From Macrostomum lignano (Eukaryota): a DNA stretch of 64,000 nucleotides. Positions 1-11,119 of the stretch are shown piece by piece (positions within the stretch are counted from its first letter, which is position 1; each line of letters opens with the position of its first letter). The stretch spans positions 1-64,000 of the forward strand of contig NIVC01003589.1 in NCBI GenBank assembly GCA_002269645.1, given 5' to 3'. Under the pieces are notes generated by a model. That model saw only the letters and a list, made by a program, of their open reading frames with translations, did not search any database and was not told the DNA's origin. Position numbers and translations under genes: made by a program.

Positions 1-273
1 TGTGTTAGTCATCGAGTGAAGTTTGCCTCTAAAAAAAGACTTGCTTTGCTATCTTGGTCGGACAATAGCCGACCATATTGTTGCGGTGCGAGCTTGCTTC
101 TGTGTGGCAAGAGTAAGATAAAAAATATACAACCCCGAATTCTTGCGTTAGTCATCGAGTGAAGTTTGCCTACTTGCCAGCTTGCTAAGATAGTAATTTT
201 TTGTTTATTGACCCGTTGGGAGTTTTTGTGCTTATGTTGTGTGTTTTGATGGTGACTATGGTGTTATGTCTAA

Positions 274-1653
274 TTATGTGACAATTATGCCTAAAATCGG
301 ATAAAGTTGAAAGCCTGAAACAATAAGAACAGTTGATCCTTCAGTGGCCGAATTAATATGCACTCTATAACCGGAGAATTTTTCGGTGGAAGCTACTTCA
401 AAATATTTCATCAATCCAGGAACTAAACCAGCATTTTCGGTAGAAAAAATATTCCTAAAGTCTCTCTTGTTATTGCTCCCTTTCAGAATAAAACTTTTTG
501 GTTGATTTTTTATAATTTCACTACCTACTGCTTTGGTTCCTTTCAATCCGAATTTCCAAATTTGAATAGACTCGGGAAGTTGTACTTTAATGTAAGAATT
601 GGATTCATTCCTCGATGCCCATTCTGAATTAGATACTATATAACCCCAATTATCTGACGTTTCAAATGCTCCTGATGACGCTACATTGAAACCCCTTTCT
701 CTATAGTTTTGACGTGTTGCTAGTGAGGGAATAAATCCTGTATAAGATTTGAAACCTAGTCCCCGCCTTAGTCGCAGCTCCACTGATTCAAGTGCATTGT
801 CTACGTATAGCTTTGGTACAGCTTGAAGTCTATCTATAGGCCACACTAAATCATTAACCACTATTTGTCTCTCAAGTAATTTAACTTTTGTAAGCTTTAC
901 GGAACCAGAAAAATTTAGAGAATAATGAAAATAATATGAGGGATTGGGTATTTGTTTCCTAAGATGTGCATTGCCCCTTCGTAGTTCAATGGGTGCACTT
1001 TGTTCAACAGGTGCCCAGTTTGTTCCATTTAGGCTCACAGTAACAGACCAACCAGGCCACACCTCTCCTTCCAACTTTATCTCTACAACTTTCCTAGCTC
1101 TTTTCAAAAATTGAAATCGTATCCACTTGTCTGAGTCATCTGCACTGCTCCATTCTGAAGCTGGGTTTGAATCTGCAACATGATATGCTGCTGAAGAGTT
1201 ATGAGAAGCGGTCACTTTCATGTCAGGATGGGAAGCGTTTGAAGTCAGAAATGAAAGAATATTGACTAATTTCGAACTCTCTGTACCTCCTGCAGTACCT
1301 TGCCTTTCTGCTAACAAAGTGTCAATCTCAGTTTTAGAATACATCTTAGTGTCAATTTCGGTTTTAGAATACATCTTAGTGTCAGTTTCGGTTTTTGTGT
1401 AGACATTGTTTACGCGCCCATGAGCATCGTCAATTAATTGTAGCATGGTGATATTCATTGCGTCACTATCTTCCTTTGAATAAGAGTCTGAAACATTTCT
1501 CTTTGCTAACAATAAATTATCTATTTCCTCTCTCTTATATCCTTCATTTTCATTGATGTAGCGATCATCAGCTAACGCTATTGTTATTCCAGGCGCTATA
1601 TCATTTGAATTTGACGAGTAACCAAATTGATTGGCAGTATTCTTGTATCTCAT
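274..1653 (-). CDS. Fiber/receptor-binding-like protein with YSKTEID repeats and two probable discoidin-like (F5/8C) domains
   Basis: 459-aa ORF; 30-bp tandem repeats (1321-1400) encoding TKMYSKTEID; W-S-S...W-I/L...motifs twice; N-terminal DDRYIN motif shared with family A fiber-like ORFs. Confidence 0.55.
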   Translation of the reverse strand: MRYKNTANQFGYSSNSNDIAPGITIALADDRYINENEGYKREEIDNLLLAKRNVSDSYSKEDSDAMNITMLQLIDDAHGRVNNVYTKTETDTKMYSKTEIDTKMYSKTEIDTLLAERQGTAGGTESSKLVNILSFLTSNASHPDMKVTASHNSSAAYHVADSNPASEWSSADDSDKWIRFQFLKRARKVVEIKLEGEVWPGWSVTVSLNGTNWAPVEQSAPIELRRGNAHLRKQIPNPSYYFHYSLNFSGSVKLTKVKLLERQIVVNDLVWPIDRLQAVPKLYVDNALESVELRLRRGLGFKSYTGFIPSLATRQNYRERGFNVASSGAFETSDNWGYIVSNSEWASRNESNSYIKVQLPESIQIWKFGLKGTKAVGSEIIKNQPKSFILKGSNNKRDFRNIFSTENAGLVPGLMKYFEVASTEKFSGYRVHINSATEGSTVLIVSGFQLYPILGIIVT

Positions 1654-2090
1654 TTTAATTGCTGCAAAATTTCATTATAGCTATCTCCTTTATCGATTCG
1701 GTGTAAAAAGTACAGCGACATTTGACCACAATATTTCTTATCAAAAGTTTGAATTTGTTCTTCCATGTCTCCACATATTCTATTCTTTGTGTGATTAAAC
1801 TTTTCCATAATTTCCAGTGTGGGCGGTAGTGCATAGGAATCAAAAAAATAAACCTTATCAGGAGCTGAAAATATAGCTGAATGATGTATACCCCGTTCTT
1901 TCGAAGTGTGAATATTTGTCATAAAGTAACCATACTGTGGTAAATCAACAATTTCATCTCTCATGGCATAATGAAATGGTTTTAACTTGAGATATTTTGC
2001 CCAATTTAACAGATCAATATTTGTCGTAGTGTCAGTCCCAAACTTTTGTTTAAATGCATTCCATGTCTCAGCTTCGCTCATTTTTAACAC
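1650..2090 (-). CDS. Adenain-like cysteine protease (Polinton PRO)
   Basis: H...YFFDSY...Q...YCG catalytic pattern (GIHHSAIF, FFDSYALPP, IQTFDKKYCG). Confidence 0.85.
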   Translation of the reverse strand: MLKMSEAETWNAFKQKFGTDTTTNIDLLNWAKYLKLKPFHYAMRDEIVDLPQYGYFMTNIHTSKERGIHHSAIFSAPDKVYFFDSYALPPTLEIMEKFNHTKNRICGDMEEQIQTFDKKYCGQMSLYFLHRIDKGDSYNEILQQLK

Positions 2091-2912
2091 TCATATTTGT
2101 CGTACGTGTAGATTTATAAATATTTCCTCGCCATCAAAGTCGTATAGAACACCAGACTCATCTTCGATGACAAAGTCGAATGTGCTCAACATGTTTGTAG
2201 TTAGTGGTAGGTACACAGGATTTGCAGGCTCTTGAATAATTTTACTTCCCATTGGGACAGAGAACGATGGAATTGAAAGAAGTATTTGCTTATCAATTAA
2301 ATGATTTCCATTAACTGGATCAGTGATAAACCCCCCTTTGATATTTAGACAACGAACCATGATCGCACTTCTAGCTCCGTCTATCCGAGCTGGATCTGGA
2401 GCTCTCTCAAATGGTTTCAAATACACTTCCGAATTGAATCCCAACAGTCTTCTAAAGTTATTGGAATGTGCATCCCTGAAATCAACTTCCTGAAGCCTGA
2501 ACTGAAGCCTTTCTGAACTGAAATCTGTGGCTAACCGTAACTCAACTCTACGCGTGTCTAGGCTTGCACTGAAAACAATAGCTCCCTCTTTCCAATCATT
2601 TGCAGCTGTTAGCAATCTTTGAATCTCGCTGGACAGACTTTTAACTTCCCAAGATCCCGCTTGAATCTTTATTTTTTTCCATGTTCTACCACTATCCCTC
2701 GAGTATCGCAACTCATTATTGCCTCCTTCAATATTGTTAATAGCATCAAAGACTGCAAACTTTTTTATACCAGCTTCATATTCTCGATCTTCATACAAAT
2801 TTATAGGAGTGCCTAGAGTTTGTCGAAATGGGTCTTTAATTGAAAAGAAGTCAAATGCGCGTTGAAACTTTTTACTCAAGAGGATGTTGACTTTTTCTAT
2901 TTATTTTTCCAT
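2091..2912 (-). pseudogene. Minor capsid (penton) protein, TAA at codon 4
   Basis: C-terminal IEDESGVLYDFDGEEIFINLHVR matches the penton-type ending also seen at 14267 and 60417; reading frame ATG GAA AAA TAA ATA from 2912. Confidence 0.7.
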
Positions 2913-2931
2913 TTTTAAGCAAGTAATTCTG

Positions 2932-3644
2932 CTAGCTCTTTATCAACATTGTTATGTCCCTCTGCTTTGCGGCTAGTAATGTCAACACTCTTTCACTGAG
3001 TCCAGATCCCGGTTTTACTCGATATCCTGGTGGATTATCTTTCAATATCCTTACTGCTTGCTTATAATTCCCACTTGATTTGGCCGCTGGGTTTTTACAA
3101 TGTTCAATAAGGTTTACATAATCCTGCAATGTTTGCATCTTGAATTGCTTCAGCTCTTCATCATTTTCAGTTACTTTAGGCATTTTAAACAACTCTTCAA
3201 GATCTTCAGAAAATGGCATTCGGAATTCGTTGACAATGATGTCCCGACCTTGTTCATGGAATTCAACATCTATTACAGATGATCCAAATATATATCCAGC
3301 ATCAGTTTTTTGAATCCGTATACTAGGCGCTGGTTTTTGAGTTATTGGAATCTTTCCAATTTCTTCAATTTTTTGTCAAATACTTCCAGAGGTTCAAATC
3401 GTCCTTTTGGCGTACTTGATTGCGGAACTGGAATTTTTTGATTCTGAAGTTTATCAACAAGGTTGGCATTGACATCAATAAATTCATCAAGCTTTTCTGT
3501 GACAGGTTTTTGAGCTAATGGAGCCACTCTTGCATATAAACTCTCTTCTCCAATTTTCAAATAGCGTTGAGCATCATTTCTGGATTTGTACATTTCTCGC
3601 TGCTTTGCTAAATTAATGAGTTCTCTTATATATTCATTAGTCAT
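2932..3644 (-). pseudogene. Conserved Polinton hypothetical protein, frameshifted (ORFs 3342-3644 and 2932-3219)
   Basis: Two co-oriented ORF pieces joined by an open intervening frame (GYIFGSSVIDVEF...MPFSEDLEELF). Confidence 0.45.
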
Positions 3645-4402
3645 TTTTACAATGGGATTTTAGTTAGAACATCCTTATACAAATCTTGCTCATCCTCATC
3701 AGCTCTTGTATTTATATAGATATAGCCATACTTCTTTTTCCAAGCCTCTCTACATTTAGCCTTGAATATAGCGGGTTCATAATTCGTTTCAATATTTCTA
3801 GCAATGTGATTCAAGTTTGTATCTTTTTGTTTAAATATTATGTAACATGTCGTATTGGGGGGCAAACGGCAACCTAAACCGAGGGACTCTGTGACATCTG
3901 CCAGCTTTTCGTCTTTCGAGGAGGCTTTTCCCCCACCTTTTTCGCTCTGGCCTGGCGTGGAAGCGGCTAGTTTCCTCGTTTTGGTCTGCTGGTGGAGGAC
4001 GGATCCCCCTGCTGCTTTTCTGCAGGGCAGGTGGCTGCTAAGTAGTTGGCCGCTGGCTAAGCGCCAACTACCCATCGACAGCCCATGGTTGCAACTGGTA
4101 CCACACGGGTTCTCGAGGGCCGCTCCTGTGGGGGAGGGCTCGGGCGTCGGCTGTCAACCCAACCTGGCGCCTGTGTCCCAAGCCCGCAGCCGGCCTCCCG
4201 CCCCCTGATCTTGCAGAGTGTGGACCGGGGGCCTGCCGGAGCCTCGCCTGGGAGCAATCCTGGGTAAAGATGGCAACCCAAAGCCTTCCTGCTGTTCGCC
4301 GTGGCAGGGGGTAGCTCCTCGGAGCTGGCTGGGGGTATACCCAGTCCCCGAGCGGTCGGTCTGCCTTTTTCTAATTTGTGTTTCTTCTCCGTTTCAGCTT
4401 CT

Positions 4403-5320
4403 ATGGATTCTGAACAAAAATCTCTTCCGGCTCGGGAGCCGGCAACTCCCGCGGCTGGGGGTCCGAAAATCCCCCAACCTTCCAGCTCGGAGGTATCTCT
4501 CTCCGCGAACCCCGCGGTTACTACCCTAAGTGGGGCTAGTTCGACTCCCACTGGTGAAGATTCTGGTGGTGATACAACCACGTACCGCGACAGCGAGGCT
4601 AACGCGGCTCCCAGCACTGTCCGCAAGAGGCAGCAGCCTGAGGACCGCACGCTTACCCCCAAGGACCCGAAGCGCTCTAAGGGCAGGGGGACAGCCGGCT
4701 TCTATGCCAAGGTGGCTGCTGAGCCCCTCCATAAAATCTGCGTCCGTGCGGCCAGCGGGACGCTGAGTGACGCCCAGATGGAAGGTGCTGTAGCCCTCGT
4801 TGACGACTTCCTCTGGGATAACGACCATCTCGGTGTTGAGGTCGAGTCAGTCAGATTCGCCAACGGCAATCTCATCCTCGCTTTCAAAAGTGAGGTCCAT
4901 CTGAGCACTGCCTTAGCCAACCTGCCCAGCATCGACTGGAGTACCTCCACGGCACAGGTCCCGGAGCTGGCCGTTGAGAAGGCCCGTCCTCCGCCTCCAT
5001 GTAAGAGGTATAGGGCTTTCTATTCCGGGCACAGGACGATCGAGGAGATCCGTGGTCGTCTTGTCGCCAAGCACCCCGAGTTGCCTGCGGACGGCCTCCG
5101 GGCCTACAAGGAGGTGCCGGTCAAGGACGGCAACGGGAAGACCCTCTACATGGGCCTCTCCGCTGATTGGGAGCGCCACATGCAAGGCAAAGACCACGCC
5201 GCCTACGTTGGGGCATGGAAGTTAGTCTTCCACCTCATCCCGAGGAAGAAGCGCAACGCCGGCGGTGAGCAGCGCCGAGACGATCCCGAGAGCCCGGATA
5301 GCTCTGAGGGCGAGACTTAA
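4403..5320 (+). CDS. LINE ORF1 (gag-like)
   Basis: Long ORF upstream of the APE ORF; FYAKVAAEP segment resembles SYASKVKQP in ORF1 at 41989. Confidence 0.75.
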   Translation: MDSEQKSLPAREPATPAAGGPKIPQPSSSEVSLSANPAVTTLSGASSTPTGEDSGGDTTTYRDSEANAAPSTVRKRQQPEDRTLTPKDPKRSKGRGTAGFYAKVAAEPLHKICVRAASGTLSDAQMEGAVALVDDFLWDNDHLGVEVESVRFANGNLILAFKSEVHLSTALANLPSIDWSTSTAQVPELAVEKARPPPPCKRYRAFYSGHRTIEEIRGRLVAKHPELPADGLRAYKEVPVKDGNGKTLYMGLSADWERHMQGKDHAAYVGAWKLVFHLIPRKKRNAGGEQRRDDPESPDSSEGET

Positions 5321-5337
5321 GCTGTTCTCGACCCGCC

Positions 5338-7887
5338 ATGCTCAGATCTTCAATGACGAGGCGTGACCGTCTGAGGAACAACCCGGCGGGTGGGTCCAAT
5401 GATGATTTCACCACACTCACGCAAAACAGTGATCCTAACCTGCATATCGCGCAGATTAATCTGCACCACGCGGTCGCAGCCTCCAGCAGCCTCACCGACA
5501 CCCTCGATGGCACCGGTGTTGACATCTACCTCATTCAGGAGCCTTACACCGTGAGAGGTAAGCCCACCCTGCTGCCGAAAGGCTACCAGATCCTCTTCCT
5601 CTCTGGAGGGGAAACCCCTAGGGCCTTTGCTCTGGTCAAGTGCGAGCTCTCAGCCATGCTCATGCCGATGTTTTGCAATAAAGACATCTGTACCTTCACC
5701 GTGAACGGAATGATTTTCTCATCCGTGTACATGGACATTCAGGATGAAATTCCGTCACCCCTCCTGCAGGATCTCGCAAACTTTTGTACCACTGAGAACC
5801 GGAACCTCATTATTGGTTGCGACGCCAATGCTCACAAAACTGCGTGGGCTAGCAGTAACACTAACCTCAGAGGTAGTATGCTTATTGATTTCATTAACAC
5901 CTCGAATTTGCATATTTGCAACTTGGGGCGTAAACCCACCTTTGCGAATGCTAGCAGGAAAGAGGTCATTGATCTCACCCTTGCGTCCAGTTGCATCCTT
6001 AATCGGATTCAAAATTTGAGGGTCAGAGACGACATCCCCTCGCTCTCGGACCATTTCTACATCCATTTCAGCGTCACAGCTGGCGGCGCTCGCGTCACCA
6101 AGGCGAACCGTCCCAATTTAAAAAGGGCGGACTGGACTGGCTTCAGAAGGGACCTTGAGTCTCTGATCAGCAGCGAACCGGCCGATGACCTGGAAGGCTG
6201 CGATGATATTCCGAGCATTGAAGCACGCTGCAACAAACTTGTCGAGCTGCTTAATGCGGCCACGATCAAGAACGCTCCTCCGATTGTCAGTAGAAAGAAG
6301 TACTCACCTTGGTGGAACAAGGAGCTCACCCGCTTAAAAAAGGCCTCCCGTCGGCTTCATCGGATTGCCAACCAATGAAGCCGTTGTCGGCTTCATTGGT
6401 GTGACGCTCACCCACGATCTGCGTTGGGCCAAGCACGCTGACAATGTCATCGGGCGCGCCAGGCGCTGCTTTGCGCAGGTGAGGAGAGCCATCGGGCCTA
6501 CTTGGGTCTTTCTCCCAAGACGGTCAGATGGATTTACACCGGCATCGTTCGGCCCAGTATCACCTACGCGTGTGTTATCTGGTCCAGTGCGTTGGAGTTG
6601 AAGACTGTACGGGACCGGTTGTACCAGCTGCAGGGTAACATCTGCCGAGCTATCACCGGTGCGTATCCATCCACCCCTTACGAGGGGCTCAACACCATCC
6701 TCAGCATGCCTCCGCTGCATTTGTTCATTAGAGCTGAGGCGATGAAGGGCGCCACGCGTCTCATCTGTGATAAATTTATTGCTAACACGCCCTCGGGCTT
6801 CATGCCCGAGAAGACTCTTTTCCCACATCTGGACTATATCCGTCGCGATCTTCAACGCATCCACCTCAATTTAGACGAGGTGGACTGCCAATCCCCCACT
6901 ATCATCCTCAGGAGGGGCTTCAAGTGTACTCTTCCACCGAGAGGGAGTCACCCGCTGGACGTGGGCATCAACCGGAGAAGTCAGGGTATTCACTGCTTCA
7001 CTGACGGATCCCTGTGTGACGGTCTCGCTGGTGCGGGCATTGCCATTTTCCACAAGGGTGAAGCGATCTTACAAGAGAGTCTTCATGTTGGTGAGAATGT
7101 CTCGGTTTTTCAATCCGAAGTTGTAGCTATCAACCAGTGCGCTGAGCATTTGCACAAAGCTGGCATCAGCAGCTTTGACATTTATTTTTACTCTCACAGC
7201 CAGGCCGCTATTAAGGCCTTGTCTTCTATCAAGCTCTCAACCAAGTCAGTCTCAGACTGCCTCAAAAGCTTGCAGACCCTAGCGATTCTCAACAGGATCA
7301 ATGTTATCTGGACATCAGGCCATAGCAAAATCCTCGGCAACGAGCTTGTGGATCAGCTTGCCAAGCGGGGTTGCACCCCTGATGGAGCGCAACGCTCAGT
7401 CAAGTTACCTTCTCCGAAGTCATCAATCAACCGCGCCATTCAAGATTGGCTGAACCGCCAGCATCAGACTCACTGGGACAGCTGCTCCGAATACCGGCAA
7501 GCACGAAAGGCTATGCCTGCCATTAACCGGAAAGTATCCGAATATCTAATCTCCTTAAGTAAAACTGACCTGAGGGAGATGTGCATGGTCATTACTGGCC
7601 ATGGTTTCTTCCAGAGACATATTTCACTGCAAAGTGGCTGCTCCCCTATCTGCCCATTCTGCGATTTAGAGGAGGAAACCTCGACGCACCACGTCACTTT
7701 CTGCCCGCACTTCAACGAGGCGCGGAGGCGTCGCCTCGGTCACCCGCTAAGGCTTGACGAGCTCACCAATCCGGACCGGATCCGTGATCTACGTGCATTC
7801 GTTCGGGATTCTGGGCGGATGAAGATCGCAGACGCCACTCTCGCGAGCTCTTCTGCTCGCGAGGGGTGGGCGCAGCCCCAAGGCTAA
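5338..7887 (+). pseudogene. LINE ORF2 remnant: AP endonuclease, RT core missing, RT thumb, RNase H and C-terminal CCHC
   Basis: QINLHH, IQEPY, GCDANAH and SDH (APE); jumps at ~6375 to [10 protein letters not shown]; FTDGS, FQSEV, SHSQAA (D->H), GNELVD (RNase H); CPFC...H...C. Confidence 0.9.
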
Positions 7888-8609
7888 CGCCTTTCTGTTT
7901 CTGTTTAGCTTGAGGTTGCGATAGGGGCCTCGCGGCCTATTCGCGGCGCTCTGCCCCCCGTCGGTAGTAAGTAAGTAGGTAAGTAACATGTATTCTCCCT
8001 GACAGTATTGCGATCTAGTTTGGTAAAATTTTGAGCTAAATAAAAGCCACAACAGTTTCCATGCCTCCCTCTCTGAAATAGACTTTCCTGGAATTTTTGA
8101 TTAGCCTCTCCCAAAACATCGTCCAATACCACGCATGTCTTTAGTCCATTATGAAAAATTTCTTCATTTGGAGTATGAGAAAGAGTGACAGGAATTTTCT
8201 CTAGTACTTCTGAATTTTCTGACGAGCTTTGCACTCCACCAAGGTCGGCTGCCTCGTTACAAATATGCCTAATATCTTCAGGAGATGCATCCTCACTCAC
8301 CTGGAGTGAGGATATGATAGTGAGAATTATATCACTCTCATGATAGAGTGAGTTGATAAGAGAAGGTGGGAGACCATTTTCAAAGCCATATTTTAGAAAC
8401 TGATACTCTGGATCCATTTGAGATGCTCTGGGAACATAGAGAACTAACTCATTAAAGTCAACTAGTTTTTCAGGACTTGTAAGAATATGAAATAGTAAAT
8501 ATGTTTTACCCGTATTTTTAGCGCCGATAATACAACATAAAAGAGGATTAGGGAAAATAGGATCATGCTGAAATTTTACTTTGGGCATTTAAAAAAAGAA
8601 AAAATGACC

Positions 8610-9935
8610 TTATTCGACGCGGGTCATTTGATACTCACTGGTAGCTTTATTTAAATTCTTTGTTTGTTCAAGAATTAGTGCAAAAGCTTTCAGCTCAACA
8701 TTTGTTGACTTCTTGATAAATAATTGAATATTAACTCCACTCTTGACAAGAAACTCATCCTGAGCTGTTAGATCAAAGCAGAATATTGGATAGATGGTTA
8801 GAAAGTCTTGTTTATTGAATGGAGGAGTTACACCGAAACGGCTGCAGATGTTTTTGTACATTTCATACGCTCTATGAATGTCTTGAGCTACTGGATCAAT
8901 TTCAACATAATCATTTGGATACATCACCTGATTTAATCTGACTTGAAGCTGGGTTATTTTTACTGCATTTGCTCCAGTCTTGTAAGACACATACTTGTGA
9001 TCATTAACTATATATGATGGGTTGTTTACGTCATATTTGAAGGCTACAAAGATTGCAAGTGGCATATTAGAGATGTTGACTATGTTCCATGTATATGGAC
9101 TTCCTTGAATGAGTTGTGGCGGAACCGTTACCCTCTCTGGAAATGATACTGTAATGTCCTTGTTGAGTGATTTTAGAAAAGCTGTTTCAGCACTGGGTGA
9201 CAAAGTAATAGCAGGGATCCAAATCTCAAAAGTAATTAATACTTAACTTAGCTTCCGTCCCGGCAGCTCCAAAGAAAATTTCAGCATCGTTAGTCTTTCT
9301 TGTTCATATAAATTTGTATTTAATCCCTTTGCTAATCTTCTGCCAATCAAGGATCCCAATGAGAGGTGTTAATGATAGTTTGATTGTTCCACCTCTGTTT
9401 GGAGCATTAGTGACATTATTGTAATTTTCAAGCCTCCTAATGTATCCAGTATTCGAATCCTTCTTATTGAGTCTATTTTTCATAGCGATTGCTGCAGTTC
9501 TCACAGCTTCAGCATCTGCACTGTTTGCTAGAGGTATATCAGAAACAGTCCCAGCATCTCCTGTGTCTGGAATCCATCCGTATGCTTCTCCAACTTCATT
9601 CATCAATTTTGAGTACATTACGGACTTTAAGATTGTGTCATATTCTCCAGAATCATTATAGACTTTCTTTGTTCCTCCAATGTCAACTATGAGTTGAGAG
9701 AACAGTCTCATAGGCCAATTATGTTCTAGAGTAATGTTCGTATTCAAGTCGGTGTTATCTCGTTGTGTTATTGAGTATTTTATACAACCGAATGAATGTA
9801 TGACTCTGTTGAATTGACTTCATGAACTATTTGACCTCCTGCAACATTGAGATTATTAGTGCTACCTGGTGTTGGAGAAATCTTAATATAGTCTTCTTTC
9901 TTTTTGAAAAAACTAAAAGTTTTGTCCTCATATAG
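8610..9935 (-). pseudogene. Major capsid protein (double jelly-roll type) of family C, with stop and frameshifts
   Basis: N-terminal ISPTPGSTNNLNVAGGQI, LEHNWPMRLFSQ, IWIPAITLSP, QLQVRLNQVMYP and YPIFCFDLTAQ; in-frame TGA at 9304 and a frameshift near 9240. Confidence 0.8.
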
Positions 9936-9982
9936 GTTCAGTATATCCTTTTTGTTCTCCTTTTTTATACGAGAAATTTCAA

Positions 9983-10383
9983 CTAAGCTTCGTGAGGTCT
10001 AAGAATTATCCCATTACCCTGTTTCTCCTTTTCAACTTTAAAAGTCTTTAGCAGCCATTTGACTGCTTCGCTGGGTACTTGTTCGACTCTTTTAGCCGCA
10101 TCAACTAACACTCCACTCCCTTGAGCCTTTTTCAACTCTTCTAGTTTTTGTCATGATAATAAGCAGTCCAATCAATTGGATTAATTGGTAGACTATCATA
10201 CCGAGGCCAGTCTGTAATTGGATTGAGTCTTTTGTCTAAATTTGTACCTGGGCCAGTAAAAGAATACCCTGGAATATGAAATTCGCCAGGATATTTTCCA
10301 GTGGCGAAGATGGGTGGTAGTTTTGTTGTAGCTGACTGAATATCTAAAGCATTTCCTAGAAATAATGGTTTACTGAAGGCCAT
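9983..10383 (-). pseudogene. Parvovirus-type phospholipase A2 domain protein (PLA2X-like), frameshifted after HDKN
   Basis: PGYSFTGPGT calcium loop and AYYHD catalytic motif. Confidence 0.75.
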
Positions 10384-10807
10384 TTTATATATATAAAATT
10401 TACTATCGTTGAATTGGATGACACTTTCATTTTGTATATACCTGAAATTGCATTAAATTGACCCGTAAATCCAACTTTTCTCATGGTTTCAGAGCTGGAA
10501 CCGTGAAAATTGCACTTTTTCAAAATATTTGAAAATCACAAAAAATCGCTGTTTTCAGACCATTTTCACCTGTTTTTAGTCATTTTTCAGTTATTTTTAG
10601 TGATTTTCAAAATGAGTGAGGGCATGAGGGCGAGGGCACCCCCCATTTTTAAAACTATAAAAATTCCGGAAATTCTGTGTTCTGTGAAATATTCCACATG
10701 CCAATGCCCCCACATGCCCTCACCCTCAACACCCTCACTCACAGATATATGTATATTTATACATATATTTTATTTATCACACCCCACTTGAATCAATGAC
10801 CCCCTGG

Positions 10808-10909
10808 TAGTAGTAGTATGTTGTAAGGGGCTGAGTCATCCAGCGAGCTGGCGCGCAATGCGCCCGAGCAATCAAGTGTGGCGCAGCCCCTTACAACACA
10901 CTACTACTA
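10808..10909. repeat. 102-bp hairpin: 26-bp inverted arms (1 mismatch) beginning (T)AGTAGTAGT
   Basis: tagtagtagtatgttgtaaggggctg (10808-10833) versus cagccccttacaacacactactacta (10884-10909); inner ggcgc/gcgcc stem. Confidence 0.9.
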
Positions 10910-11082
10910 AGGTGGACAACTTTACAGCTTGTGGATCGAATTGGCAATTTGATGGAATTGAACAACTCGACTTGATGCTGTGTATCTACCGAAAAAGCAC
11001 AATTCGTGGAGCAGCAGCAGCCCACGAAACCCGCGACCAGACGGCAGAGCCGTCTGGTCACAGGCGTCGCACCCCCACCCCC

Positions 11083-11119
<37 letters not shown>

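Larger units (their letters stand above)
3851..7982 (+). mobile_element. Non-LTR retrotransposon (LINE family A; APE-[RT deleted]-RNase H; LOA/R1-like group)
   Basis: 9-bp TSD gtaacatgt (3842-3850 / 7983-7991), ORF1, APE and RNase H ORFs, 3' (TAAG)n-like tail. Confidence 0.92.
3647..8588 (-). pseudogene. A32/FtsK-type packaging ATPase of family C, split by a LINE at 3851-7982
   Basis: Walker A GAKNTGKT, Walker B VVLDD, RGRH; removing the LINE and one TSD (gtaacatgt) joins RENTCY to IIFKQKD in frame. Confidence 0.9.
1..10908 (-). mobile_element. Polinton/Maverick-like element, family C (partial; probably continues left of the window)
   Basis: Co-oriented fiber-like, adenain, penton, A32-type ATPase, major capsid and PLA2 genes. 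Possible terminus ...cactactact at 10908 (5'-AGTAGTAGT on the minus strand). Confidence 0.75.

Noticed and set aside
1-171. 28-bp direct repeat (1-28 / 144-171) as LTR or att site
   Set aside because: Only two copies at the window edge with no supporting context.
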